Below are positions 52,101 through 63,615 of a stretch of DNA of 64,000 nt, piece after piece. The notes below the pieces were generated by a model that saw only the letters and a list, made by a program, of their open reading frames with translations, was not told the origin of the DNA and ran no database searches. Each line of letters begins with the position of its first letter. Within the stretch, counting starts at the first letter, position 1. This DNA is from Aplysia californica (taxonomy: Eukaryota), in assembly GCF_000002075.1 (NCBI RefSeq), contig NW_004797368.1, positions 166,485-230,484 on the forward strand, in the 5' to 3' direction. The position numbers were made by a program, and so were the translations under genes.

Positions 52101-55100
52101 AGAGCATGCACCTATTAGGCAGCAACGTTGAATGTACCCTGGGCCACTGAGACTCGATATAATACGAGCTTCCAGCAGAGGGAGCATGTTACTATAAATA
52201 ACACTTTAAGTATCGGATCTTACCAAACAGTCAGCTCTTGAACACCATGGACCAACTCCTTGCAACAGAGCCCGGACTGCTGAGAGGAAAAGGGCTGAAC
52301 CTGTACCTCGGGAACACAAACTCTGGAGTCAGTCAGCCCTACAGCCATTACTCACCTGGCACTCGGATAGAGAGCTTTGATCTTGATAAGCTCTGCCTCA
52401 TTGTCGAAGGTCATGAGGTCAACCGACTGCTTGTGGGCATACTTGAGAAAGGACTTCTGCTTGCAGGGGTTGGCGTAGATAATACGGGATGGAGACACAC
52501 CCATCTTGACCACCTGGGATATCTCCGCCTGCAGGGGAGGACAGAAATGAGTGTTCATTTGAATAAAGAGAAGCACACCCACACAACAATGATCATCTAT
52601 GTTAATGTTTTAGTGCCTGTAAAATGGCAACTTGCGCTGTATGTTTCCCTTGAACCTGAGATTGTACCAGAATGCTACTTCAATATAAAGATAATTGGAG
52701 AAAACACTTCCAAACTAAGGCTCCAGTCTCTTATCCCTAACATCACACAGATTCTTCCATATTGCGTACAACCTAAGAAAAGGATAGCTAACAAAAATAA
52801 AAAGTTGTGACTCTTTTTTAATTAAAAATAAATGCGGCCTGCAAAGACAAAATAGATTTTTTAAAAAGTTTTCTTTAAAAAAGCATATGTTTATGAAGAA
52901 ACGTCATTAAAAAAGAATGCAGATTTCTGATTTCAAGCTCTTCGCTTCACACATTGGGTTAACATGCTTTGGAAAGAAAAAACAACAACTTTTTTTTGTA
53001 CTTTCAAGCCTGTACCTGTTCGAAAACTTATTCGAACCATTCTATATGAGTTGATTGGCAATGCAATTTCAAAACACGGTGGCTGCCTGACCAATAAAAA
53101 GTAACAACATCTTCCAATCCCAGCAGAGCAGTGATTGTAAAATAATTCATCATTCCACAATTTTGTTTCTTCCAAAAAATGATAATACTGACTCCTTGCA
53201 ATTGCAGTACATCATGTAGACAAAAAAAGAGAAAATCTTCAAAAGGATTTGAAAGACGCTTCGACTGGCATATAAGATCTTTGCGACTCATGAGCCGATC
53301 CAAACACTTCCACATTGGGCAAATAGGGGGAAGTCAGAAAAAACATGTAACATATGTGGGTCAGCTTATCTCTAGATTTCTGTTTTGTTTGTTTTCAAGA
53401 CGTATTGGGTACAACTGTAGTAGATCAGAACAATGAGCTTGAATGAAAAAGGTGAAACTGCCACTATTCGGGGGTAAGTTTAGATCTAAATAGAACTAAC
53501 CAGAAGTCTGCACCTCAAGTGCTTTCTGTCATCACGCATGTTAGTATTCCAGATAACAGACAGACATAGATAAGAATAGCTTGGATGTTCTGACTAACTC
53601 AGGAGTGGAGGAAAGGAAGAAGCAGGGGCCAAGAGCACCTCTGGGATTTTGTGAAAATACTTGTAAAGTTATGAAGTTACACTGGCAAAAAAAAAACCAA
53701 AAAAAAGAATGAATAGAAACAACTAATATGCAGTTAAAAGAAAACAAATGTGTCACAATGTGGAGGAATCAGGCTCTCGTTAATGTTGGGGTATGTAGAA
53801 TTATTGGCATCATCTTAAAGCTTTTTTCATTTGTCTTGCTTTGGATGAAAAAAACAACAACCATATATCTAGAATACAAGTCGAGATATTAGCGAAAGAA
53901 AGAGGTGTAAAATAAGTGAGAAAATGGCTGCCAAAAAGTAATTTATTTCCTTAACTTGAGAGTCCGTAGAAACAGAAAATTTACACCTTTTTACCTTAAA
54001 TCATTGATCTTAAGTAAAATCCACAAAGAAATGTTTTTTAATTTAAAACCCCTCCCCCATAAAAATACAGAAATCTGCTGAAAAATGCCAGTTTCTTCAC
54101 TTTGACTATTTTGACAAGGGTCCAATTTAACCACAATGCCTCACAAATGCAAAGAATTACCGTTTTTCAAGTGAAAGTAACAAAAATAACTGGGAGAAAA
54201 AACCAAAACAAATGGCATTCCAGGAAGCCTGGCCAAGCCTCACCACTTACCTTACTAGCACAGTCAAAGCCCATGCCAAGCTCGGCCAACAGCTTCACAA
54301 CAGTCTCATCTTGATTGCACTTCACGGCTGGCAGACAGAACAGAACAAAACACATCCCTTTTAATACAGAAGACAAAATCAATTAAAAATTTTTTTAAAA
54401 ATATTTTACACGAAAGACATAAAATCATGACCTGGCTATATAACCTCAACTTTCCACATTTTGCTTATTGTTGTTCCTTTTTACTCCCTATCATAGACAT
54501 TAAGTCACAAACATGAAAATAGTTTGGTTTATAAATTTATAAATCCACAATATATTATGTGAATCGGGAACACAATTCGAAAGGGTTCAACAAGTCTTAT
54601 AGAGAATGCTCCTGTATTTGGTGGCTTTTGCCATTATAGAAATGTAGCCAACTGTATCATCATAAAGTGTGAGCTTAAGGCCCGATACACTACAATGTTA
54701 CTTAGAAGGCGGGTTCCAAATTTATCATCCACCCTCAAGTGAAAGAAGAGCCCAGAAAACGTCCTAAACAACCGAAGTTCTAATACACATCGTTGGGGTT
54801 GTAAACAAGGGTCACAACTGCTGTAGCACCACAGAATACCATCCAAACATTTTTGGTGTCCTTGTATCACAAAGTGTGTGTGCAGAACAATTCTGATAGG
54901 ATGATGATGATGATGTCGCAGGAGAAGATGACTTTGACTTAAGATCACGTTGGATGTGCGAGCAAAAGGCTAATTCTGATATTTAGTGACAGTAGGATCA
55001 CCAAAAATTTGTCCCCCCCCCCAAAAAAAGGGGGAAAGTCCCTAAACAAAATGAAAAACAAGTGGCTAGTTCAATGTGATTGTAATTTTTATCAATCCCT

Positions 55101-56737
55101 TTGGCAATACTACAAGAATATGAGGGGATGTACAGGGAGGGCTTTACCACATGTAACTTCTGACATAAGCCTGACAAGTGACATCAAAACAGACACACAT
55201 GAGCAACAAGGCAAAATGAAAATGCTCCTCACCATAGAAAGGCTCCACCCGAGGCAGCAGCTCCTTCCACTTGACAAACTTGCCCACAACGTCGCCCAGA
55301 TCAGCGATGAAGAACGCTTCATCACAACCCTGCAAAGAGAGGGGGAGATTATTTGGGTTTGGGTAAAGGGAAGCACATCAAGACAAAAGACAATGCCAAC
55401 CATTTAATGCAGGGAAAAAGCAAGACAGGTAAATATGATCAAAAGATGGAAAAAAAAACAGAAGTAAAACCCACCTATGGCAATGCCCTCCAACATACCA
55501 CTGCAAACATGACTCAAGGGACCTCCTGAACTAGCCCACAACCACATATGTTCACACTGCACACACAGCAGTCAAAGGGAACAAAGGAGGAATGCCAACA
55601 AGGGGATAACAGGGAAACGCACGGCGCTTCAATCCAGACTGATGGCAATACAATGACCTGTAAAGACAATTTTGCCACCGACTACATCTCAACCACTCAG
55701 TGTAAGATTGTCATACATCAATCACTCTTTTCAAAATGGCGTAAAGTAGTCTTACACTGAGCAATTTATCTGCTGAACCATAGCAGTCCTACACCCTACA
55801 CATCAAAAGTAGGAACTTTAGGATCAAATCCCTCTTAATTTATCCAGCAGCCGAGGAACCCCCCCCCCCCCCGTTTTGAACAATACGAAATATTGTGTTA
55901 AGAACTCANNNNNNNNNNNNNNNNNNNNNNNNNNNNNNNNNNNNNNNNNNNNNNNNNNNNNNNNNNNNNNNNNNNNNNNNNNNNNNNNNNNNNNNNNNNN
56001 NNNNNNNNCCCCCCCTCCCGTTTGAACAATACGAAATATTGTGTTAAGAACTCACTCCTTATCTATACATTTCATTTCTCTATCACCACAATCTAAATGA
56101 GTCTCAAACAATACAATCTAATCATACACTAAACACCAATTGCCTGTGAACATCTTTAACTTTCACCAAGACATAATATAAAATGAATATCCTATGCCAG
56201 AATCTCATGTCAGACTTCTCAAGTACACCAATGGTTCTTCTCACCAGCTACACTGAATCTTACTTTCAATCACCAAACTTTGTTTATGGAAAGTAGCTCT
56301 CAAAAAGCAAACAATAATGAACAGAATCCAAAACAGACTAAAAGTGTTGCTGCACAGGAAAGAGAACATTTTCTGTCTTTTCAGTCATTAACACCCCCAA
56401 ACAACAGGTCAAAGAAAGACCCTTTTAGTTCATTCAGGCATTATTGGTACATACACTGCAATTCCCAAAAGAGAGAATGGATACAACACACGAGATCAGC
56501 AAGACAGAGTTCAAATCCAATGTTTCACCGTTAGTGCAGCACAGGTTCAAATGTGAAATCTTTATAACTATGAAACCCAGAAAAAAACACTACACCCTCT
56601 CTGCAGGCCATTGTTCTTGTTCTGTCCCTACTCACTTGGGCATCCAGTTCCTCAATCTTTTCCTTCACCAGAGCGGCCACGTTCGGCGCGTCGGCCAGGG
56701 TCTCGACACAACTCTCGTTCTGGGGACTGGTCTTCAT
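40035..56737 (-). CDS. ODC1: Ornithine decarboxylase, complete 475-aa CDS in 10 exons (1428 nt including stop)
   Basis: PFYAVKCN (PLP lysine), [74 protein letters not shown] (catalytic Cys), MGAYT..STFNG. All phases are consistent. Confidence 0.96.
40301..41126. mobile_element. ~820-bp Tc1/mariner-pogo-type nonautonomous element, copy 2 (last ODC intron)
   Basis: CAGTGGAATCC ... GGATTCCACTG; colinear with 32290-33110. Confidence 0.82.
42437..42645 (-). CDS. ODC1: ODC exon ([20 protein letters not shown]...MGAYT...STFNGMPRP...)
   Basis: acccag| ... |gttagt, 209 nt. Confidence 0.94.
43153..43956. mobile_element. hAT-like MITE, TIR CAGGGCTGCCTA, 6-bp near-TSD
   Basis: gcgtat|CAGGGCTGCCTA ... 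TAGGCAGCCCTG|gtgtat. Confidence 0.78.
44034..44176 (-). CDS. ODC1: ODC exon (...[22 protein letters not shown]...)
   Basis: atccag| ... |gtgagc, 143 nt. Confidence 0.93.
44410..44898. mobile_element. TTAA-target MITE (Kolobok-like)
   Basis: ttaa|GGCCACAC ... GTGAGGCC|ttaa. Confidence 0.6.
45324..45486 (-). CDS. ODC1: ODC exon ([10 protein letters not shown]...[23 protein letters not shown]...)
   Basis: tcttag| ... |gtgagt, 163 nt. Confidence 0.94.
46905..47070 (-). CDS. ODC1: ODC exon (FHVGSG...LDIGGGFPG...TFEE)
   Basis: caacag| ... |gtaaaa, 166 nt. Confidence 0.94.
47558..49712. mobile_element. Nonautonomous DNA transposon with CAGGGTTCC TIR, subterminal TTCAAGGAG repeats and 6-bp TSD TAAACA
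   Basis: taaaca|CAGGGTTCC ... GGAACCCTG|taaaca. Confidence 0.88.
49771..49908 (-). CDS. ODC1: ODC exon (LVLRLLPT...NKFGC...LNVMGI)
   Basis: tctcag| ... |gtcagt, 138 nt. Confidence 0.93.
50508..51178 (+). mobile_element. piggyBac-like nonautonomous element, TTAA TSD
   Basis: ttaa|CCCTTAGAGTGCTGA ... TCATCGCTCTAAGGG|ttaa; internal acidic frame [21 protein letters not shown] resembles a transposase N-terminal remnant. Confidence 0.75.
52356..52528 (-). CDS. ODC1: ODC exon (AEISQVV...IIYANPCKQ...MTFDNEAEL...YPSA)
   Basis: ctgcag| ... |gtgagt, 173 nt. Confidence 0.94.
54251..54327 (-). CDS. ODC1: ODC exon (AVKCNQD...GFDCASK)
   Basis: tgccag| ... |gtaagt, 77 nt. Confidence 0.94.
55233..55329 (-). 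CDS. ODC1: ODC exon ([15 protein letters not shown]...LPRVEPFY)
   Basis: ttgcag| ... |gtgagg, 97 nt. Confidence 0.93.
56636..56737 (-). CDS. ODC1: ODC first coding segment ([34 protein letters not shown]); the exon starts at 56801
   Basis: ATC-ATG-A at 56737; donor gtgagt; acceptor tttcag| before 56801; 102 nt, phase 0. Confidence 0.88.
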
Positions 56738-57551
56738 GATCAAACACTCAGAAGGTCTTGCACAAACAAACTTTAACACAAATCAGGGTTGTACAAACAG
56801 TCTGAAACACAAGAGAAAGAAATGGGTTTTTAGTGGAAGTTTTCATTATTCCTTGTGGTTTCCCACAACTTTACAAATAAAATTTCTGAACCTGTCTGCT
56901 CTTTCAAGAAATTATAATTTCAGTTGTCAGTGGAACATGTGTATGCAGTATCATTACCACTATAAGAAAACAGCCAGGCCTCAACAAGTCTCCCCTCTCT
57001 TGCCTAAACCAGTCTCATAAGCCCAACCTCTAAAACCACTAGGTAAAAGAAATCCCAGTGAACTAAAGATGGATGTGCATTTTCTAAAGCAGGACTGACC
57101 ATAATAAGAAAAAAGTAGTAGTCTATTCAGAATATATTAAATTGTCATGTCTGATATCCAAAACAAAAGCCACAAGAGAGGCAGGTCAACAGAAAGCACT
57201 AACCAAAAAACAAAAACAATTGTTGCATGAAGGCATAGGTAGCTGTAAGCTGCAAATGTTTCAGGTTGTATTCACAGGACACACTCTAGATATGTCCATT
57301 TCTTCCGCCCGATATATACTGACCCTGTATGATGATGTGTCACAATTTTCAAATGTTTTTAGGTTCTAATCTCAAGACTGCTTTGACTTTCAACTTTCAT
57401 AGCTATAGACACATGGGTCTGAAGACTGGCTCAGACTAACTCTTAGAAAAAGAGGCTAATCTAAGTCAGCCAAGGGTGAGCTCATATAACATGACAATAA
57501 GGTCCACAACAATGTCTTACCTGGCCAAGAAACGTCTGCCCTTAGCAAATA

Positions 57552-57653
57552 CTAGCTGGGATCCCACGGTGGCTCTGCGTTGAAGTTGAACTTACGCTTG
57601 ACGCGGCACACGGCCTCCGGACACTCGATGTGGAACACAAGGGAACTACTGCC
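57552..57653 (-). CDS. uCC regulatory uORF, part 2: GSSSLVFHIECPEAVCRVKRKFNFNAEPPWDPS*
   Basis: gttacag| acceptor; the leader exon 57653-57521 ends CAG|gtaaga; C-terminus matches the AZIN1/ODC uCC motif FNAEPPWxPS*. Confidence 0.92.
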   Translation of the reverse strand, partial: GSSSLVFHIECPEAVCRVKRKFNFNAEPPWDPS

Positions 57654-59039
57654 CTGTAACACAATACAAAGAACAAAAGAGATGAGAAATTCGTTCCTTG
57701 AAGTTTAGACTTTGTCAGAAACATTAATTGCATTTCACAAGAAACCAAAAGCAACACTGGGAGTAGCAGAAGGAGCATAGACAATAGTCCACAAGAGCAC
57801 ACATCATCCAACCAACTTCATTAAAAAATAGTTTGTTTCAATTTTCAACACCCCTTTTTAATTCTATATTAATTATAGGTTCAATGAAGGCAGGACCCCA
57901 ACTTTAATTTCCATCACAAGCATAGTCAAGCAAATGGTCAAGCGCTGTAAAACAATCATCAAATTTTTAAAAAATAAATTTAAAAAATAGAGAAAACAAG
58001 CTGTATACAGTGCTTACACTAGCTGAAACTGAAAAGTAAAGAAAATTCTGCCGGGGGTCCAGGGACAGCGCCCCGGTGAGGATTCAGGGGGCGAAGCCCC
58101 CGAAGAAATTTAAATTTAGTACTTTTAGAGGGTTGAAAATGGCATTTGGGAGCCTGTTTGAAGAGATTGTCAACAACTCATACTACCTATTTTTTTCACC
58201 AAGATTTTGTCTTGTTTGATTTCTTCACCAAAATATCTTTCCATTGCTGGCAATGGTTAAAAGCAGGTTCCCCTTCCATTGCTACTATAATTCAATTAAT
58301 TTGTCATCGCACCATTGATAGAAGGCAAACCTGGGAGTAATACTGTTATGAATAGATATGTACCTTTACAATACAGTTACCCAGCGTAAACCCTAATTTT
58401 CCTCAAATTTCATGTCTGAATGTCGTATGTCACAACCTCTGAACACCACTTCGAACTATTCTTGACTTTAGTAGTTTTGGCACACATTTCTTTCATCGCG
58501 GCCCTTATCGTGTTCCCGTGCCGTAGAATCTTCGCATTGATAATTTCTCTAGATCTAGACAATAAATTTGCAAAGGAGTTTCTTTCTGACAGTAATTTTC
58601 TTGTCTTAATTAAGATCACAAGTCAATATACTTGATCGCCCCCTCACCTCAGATGAGAGGCCTTCAATATGAATTCGGAGTGTTTATTCGTACCATTGTG
58701 TGAAAAACTATCTGGTTATCCGCACAATATTGTTGTACGAATAACTGCCACTAGTTATCCGTACAATACCAAGCTCCCACAACCTTGGCCTTGGCCGGGG
58801 CCTATTTGCACGAAACAACAAGTTTTGACGAAAACGGAAACGCGATATTTTGCGCGGGATTGCTCACGCTCAATGGCCATGGGTACTGGGCACACTGGAC
58901 CGGTGGGTGCCAAACTGACTCGATCAAGCTGAGCAGTGTCTGACTGAAGTTTTGATGAGATTTCAGACAGGATGTCTTCGTTACGGTGATACATGTACAA
59001 TTTACTGTTGCGTGTAACTGGGGCTTGAAATATATATAT

Positions 59040-60667
59040 CAGGGTTCCTGCCATGAACTTCCCATCAAATTCAAGGATGTTTCAAGGAGAAATTTTTAAA
59101 ATTCAAGGTTTGGTAAAGAAATTCACGAAAAAAGCCAATATTTCGATAGGCCTACATTTGTCGGAAAGGAATTGTATCATAGTTCCGATTTCCAACAAAA
59201 ACTGTTCTCAGGGTGACTGCCAACCCGGCTTTTCAATTTTCCAGATGGGCTCATCCATTCCCCAGGGGCATGTTACATAACAATGATAGTGCATGCTCCA
59301 TTTATATTTCATATTATATACACACACACACACACATGTAGGTACATTATATCCAGTCAACAACATGTCAGTGTAGGCACTGGGATGTGGTGTGACTTAG
59401 GTATTTCAGTCCGTTCTTATACCTATTTTTATATTTTCCTCTCATGATATTCGCCTATATAAACTATATAAAAATGAATCTTGCTTTGAGCCTGAGAAAA
59501 GGTAAAGAACCAGAATATCGACCGTCCAGAACCAGTTTGGGAACCAAGTTTTATAATAAACGTGAAAGACATAAATTATAGCTCAAACTCAAAGTAGTGT
59601 AATAACATGAATGGCTCAAGTAGACCTGTTCAGTGTGAGAGGTGTAAGAACTAATTGTGGGAGGGCAAGATGCAGTGACACTGAAAATCTGCGAATCTTG
59701 AACAGAAAGCTAAAATATAGAATATAGTTCAATACATATAATTTACTACCACATGCCCAATGAAACGGGAACCCAATACCTTTAGTTAAAGAAACTACAG
59801 CTTACAAGGTTTGAGTGAGACAGATCCTGATTCTACACAAGGCCTGCACCAACGCACGCTTTGCAGAGAGATCAAGATCTAGATTTAGATCTAATAACTA
59901 ATAGCAATTAAAATTTAGTAAAGTAAAATCTGCTTCCAAGTTCAGTTTTTGTCATCCGGTGTTGACTTCAACCCCATCCCCGCGTGCGTCTTAAAAAAAA
60001 AAATCAATAATACCCACATTCCCAAGTCCTATACTTCGCAGCGCTCAGACTTTGCATGAACTTTGGTGACCTCAACCATCGTGATACTCACGATGTGACG
60101 ACAACGCACAGGTTCAATGAGCGGTCACGATGGCGAGCCCGACAAGAAGCTTCTTGTATAATTTTTTTTCTTTCTTTTCTTTTCACAAGTGACAGCACAG
60201 GACAAATGATTTATTTTCATGACGACACCGTGTTTGTAACGCAGAACCTGCATGTTACAAAAGTGGCGTTATCAGACTACTAGGCCCAACAGGCAAATTT
60301 CTGGGCGGTAGCGAAAGCAGATCTTGATTTTCCTGATCGAGCTTCGGTATCGCACATATACACTTCCACTAGTTGACGCCATAACCGCCTGTGCGTGGGT
60401 AACATACTCTGGGGCCCGGAAAAGCCGAATTAATATTCTATCACAATCGCAACCGGCAAAAATTAACTCAGGGGCCCCCGGGATTCCCGGGGCCTGGCAG
60501 TCAACATGTGTTCCTGTCCGAATCTGGCAAAATTCAAGGGGGTTTTCAAGGACATTTTTTCTTGAATGTAAGTAAATTCAAGGAGTTTTCAAGGAGATTT
60601 TTCCTTGAATGCAAATTCAAGCAGTTTTCAATGACTCCTTGAATTCAAGGAGGCCGCAGAAACCCTG
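59040..60667. mobile_element. Second copy of the CAGGGTTCC element, inside the uCC intron; TSD not retained
   Basis: CAGGGTTCCTGCCATGAACTTCCC ... AATTCAAGGAGGCCGCAGAAACCCTG; internally colinear with 47558-49712. Confidence 0.85.
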
Positions 60668-62015
60668 CCCACCCCGCAATTGTTATTCGCCGGTCTTGAC
60701 CCCAAGAGAAGGGGGTTTCTGGGGGGCAAAAATATGGTGGGGGGGTTTCAGGGGGGCATGCACCCCTGAATTTTACCATAATTTTAATTTGATGTTTTGC
60801 AGTTGTTAGCTTTGCTTGCCATGGATCAAGGCAACGTATAGAGATCTAGATCTAGATCTAGGATATAGAATCTAGATCTAGATCTAGGATATAGAATCTA
60901 GATCTAGGCTCAAATAAGGGGGGTGGGAACTACCGAAAAAGCGCTGAAAAATGGAAGTCTTGTTTCCTGACAATCCTTTCGAGCTCCTCATGTCTAAGTG
61001 AGTCAATTTCTTCTATAATTTCATGGACGAACATCAAAAGCTACGAACTTGGCGTGTTTTGAACGAGACGTATGCCTCGATTAGGAACCAACGCAGGCGG
61101 TTCAAGAAGAAGGCCACAAACGCACACAAACTCAAGCAGACTGATGCACACACACTTGACCTACATGAATGGGGATCTGACTCGGAACCCGAATTTCACG
61201 TAAGATGAAGTGCGGTGCGCGTGCGCTGAGCCAGGGGCTACACTGATTCGGGACCAGAACGAAGGCAAGGTGCCGAAAAGGCTTATCGGGCGACATAAAC
61301 CCGGCCCCCGCAGGATGAGGGTTAAGCTACATATTCGCCACACTGTTTCAGGAAAGGCAACTCGACATAGATCAAGATGTAGAGATCTAGTTTTTCTAGG
61401 CCTCTTTGAACATAAGCCGACCACCACTAGATCTACTCCGGTAGAAAGGGGGGGGGGGAAAGAGGGGGTAGATAGATAGGGGGTGCCTGCTAAGCTAAAG
61501 TCACAAAAATAATAGAGATAGATGGAAAGCTAGGCTAAAGATCTTCTAGTTAGATCTCATTTGCAACAGATTTTAGTGCCAGGTGGTCTGCTAATCTTCA
61601 ATTTTACACTTTTTCTACAACAAAGAAACTGGGAAACATGGGGGTGGGGGGTGTATCAATGAGGCGGCGGGCATCGGATCGGCAGACAAGACAAGGTGTG
61701 GGGGAAACTAAAAAAAATGGCAGAAAATTGGAAGCACTGAGCGTTAGATCTAGATATCTAGATCTATAGACTATAGAACGAAGACACTTCCTTTTTCTGG
61801 ACCTTTTTTATTCAGACGAGTCCAAATATGAAAAAATGTTTTTCGGACTCGAGACCGAATAAAGACGGTGCTAAACATCAAATTATGGTAAATTTCAGGG
61901 GGCATGCCCCCCTGAACCCCCCCCCAATATTTTTATTAGGTCAGGGGGGCAACCTGAAACCCCCCTACTCTTGGGGCCAAAACCAGCGAATAACAATTGC
62001 GGGGTGGGAACTACC
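60668..62015. mobile_element. Element with long (~120 bp) imperfect terminal inverted repeats; left end clipped by the adjacent CAGGG element
   Basis: CCCACCCCGCAATTGTTATTCGC..CCCCAAGAG at 60668 is inverted at ~61970-62008 (CTCTTGGGG..GCGAATAACAATTGCGGGGTGGG). Confidence 0.7.
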
Positions 62016-62303
62016 GAAACAGTGCCAACTAAATTATAAATAATTTCAACAAAACCACTTACCCAGAAGTAAACTAACATTTATGATTAACACTGTAACC
62101 GACTAAATTCCTTGGTATTTTTTTACTTTCCCTCCCGTCTCACACTCAGCTACCAGTTGTCTATTTTCTACTAGATCTAGCACAGTGGCTATTCTCATCC
62201 GGGGTGAGAATAGAAAAACGATCTACCTCTCACCCCGGGTGAGAATTGCCAGCGTAGGCTATTCTCACCCGGTGCGAAACAAGACCTGCTTTTCCTCATT
62301 TTG

Positions 62304-62720
62304 GAATACTGTCTATCGGTGTGGATGATCCAATTGATAAAAGCCAATAAAAAATTACGTTATAGCACAAAAGTAAGCTAATTTGATCGTCTTCAAAGAT
62401 GCTATGGCTATTTCACTGTTCAAATCGAGCCGAACTACGCGGGTCGCCATTTTGTTTTGCCCGGAAGTTCTCGCAAGATCTACTCCTCCCCTATCTCTCT
62501 CTCTCTGTCTCTTTCTGAATACTGTCTATCGGTGTGGACGATCAAATTGACCAAAACAAAGTTAAAAAATGATGTCAAAACACAAAAGTAAATAAATTTG
62601 GTTGTCTACAAAGATGCTACAGCTATTTAACTTTTCGAATCGAGCCGAACTACGCGGGTCGCCATTTTGTTTTGACCGGAAGTTCTCGCGCTACTCCTCT
62701 CTCTCTGTCTTTCTCTCTCT
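62304..62720. repeat. Tandem duplication of a ~213-bp unit
   Basis: GAATACTGTCTATCGGTGTGGA starts at 62304 and 62517; both units contain CGAGCCGAACTACGCGGGTCGCCATTTTGTTTTG.CCGGAAGTTCTCGC. Confidence 0.85.
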
Positions 62721-63615
62721 CCACTGCCCACAGACAAAATTGTACGCTTTTAGTAGGCTAGGCTACAGTTGTGATGGAACGTTTGTTCACGGCACAGAAT
62801 TCTACAATGTTTCTGTTATCGCAGTGTAGAATTCTGTNNNNNNNNNNNNNNNNNNNNNNNNNNNNNNNNNNNNNNNNNNNNNNNNNNNNNNNNNNNNNNN
62901 NNNNNNNNNNNNNNNNNNNNNNNNNNNNNNNNNNNNNNNNNNNNNNNNNNNNNNNNNNNNNNNNNNNNNNNNNNNNNNNNNNNNNNNNNNNNNNNNNNNN
63001 NNNNNNNNNNNNNNNNNNNNNNNNNNNNNNNNNNNNNNNNNNNNNNNNNNNNNNNNNNNNNNNNNNNNNNNNNNNNNNNNNNNNNNNNNNNNNNNNNNNN
63101 NNNNNNNNNNNNNNNNNNNNNNNNNNNNNNNNNNNNNNNNNNNNNNNNNNNNNNNNNNNNNNNNNNNNNNNNNNNNNNNNNNNNNNNNNNNNNNNNNNNN
63201 NNNNNNNNNNNNNNNNNNNNNNNNNNNNNNNNNNNNNNNNNNNNNNNNNNNNNNNNNNNNNNNNNNNNNNNNNNNTCTGCAGCAAACAACAGTACAGCAG
63301 TTTGACCCCTGAAACAGTGCATCTGTGTGCGGGAGTGAAAGTAAAAATTTACCAATTCCTTAATAACGCCTGTATTAATGAGTGATCAAGTGTATCAACA
63401 AATGAACAGGCGTTTTCATCAATATCAGGATCAAAATTGTAAGTCATGACATTGGTCTGCTAAGAAGTCACACCTGAACAATCATGCGTGTTCGACAAGG
63501 CTAACTGTTCGGTGGCGAACGATTTTTTACCGGTCTGATATTATACGATACAGATACAGAGAGTGTGTATAATTCTGGTGCCAGACTGATTCAAACATAT
63601 TATTACAACACTTAC

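Noticed and set aside
52238-52810. 190-aa plus-strand ORF
   Set aside because: It is the antisense shadow of an ODC exon with no recognisable protein features.
55858-56054. Direct repeat on both sides of an N gap
   Set aside because: Most likely an unmerged contig overlap (assembly artefact).
57542-57811. ORF-track 89-aa ORF overlapping the ODC leader exon
   Set aside because: It starts in intronic sequence and uses a different frame; the meaningful frame is the PPW-containing uCC.
60840-60906. AGATCT/TCTAGA palindromic runs (also ~48930-48990)
   Set aside because: Low-complexity simple repeats scattered in and around transposon remnants, with no evidence of function.
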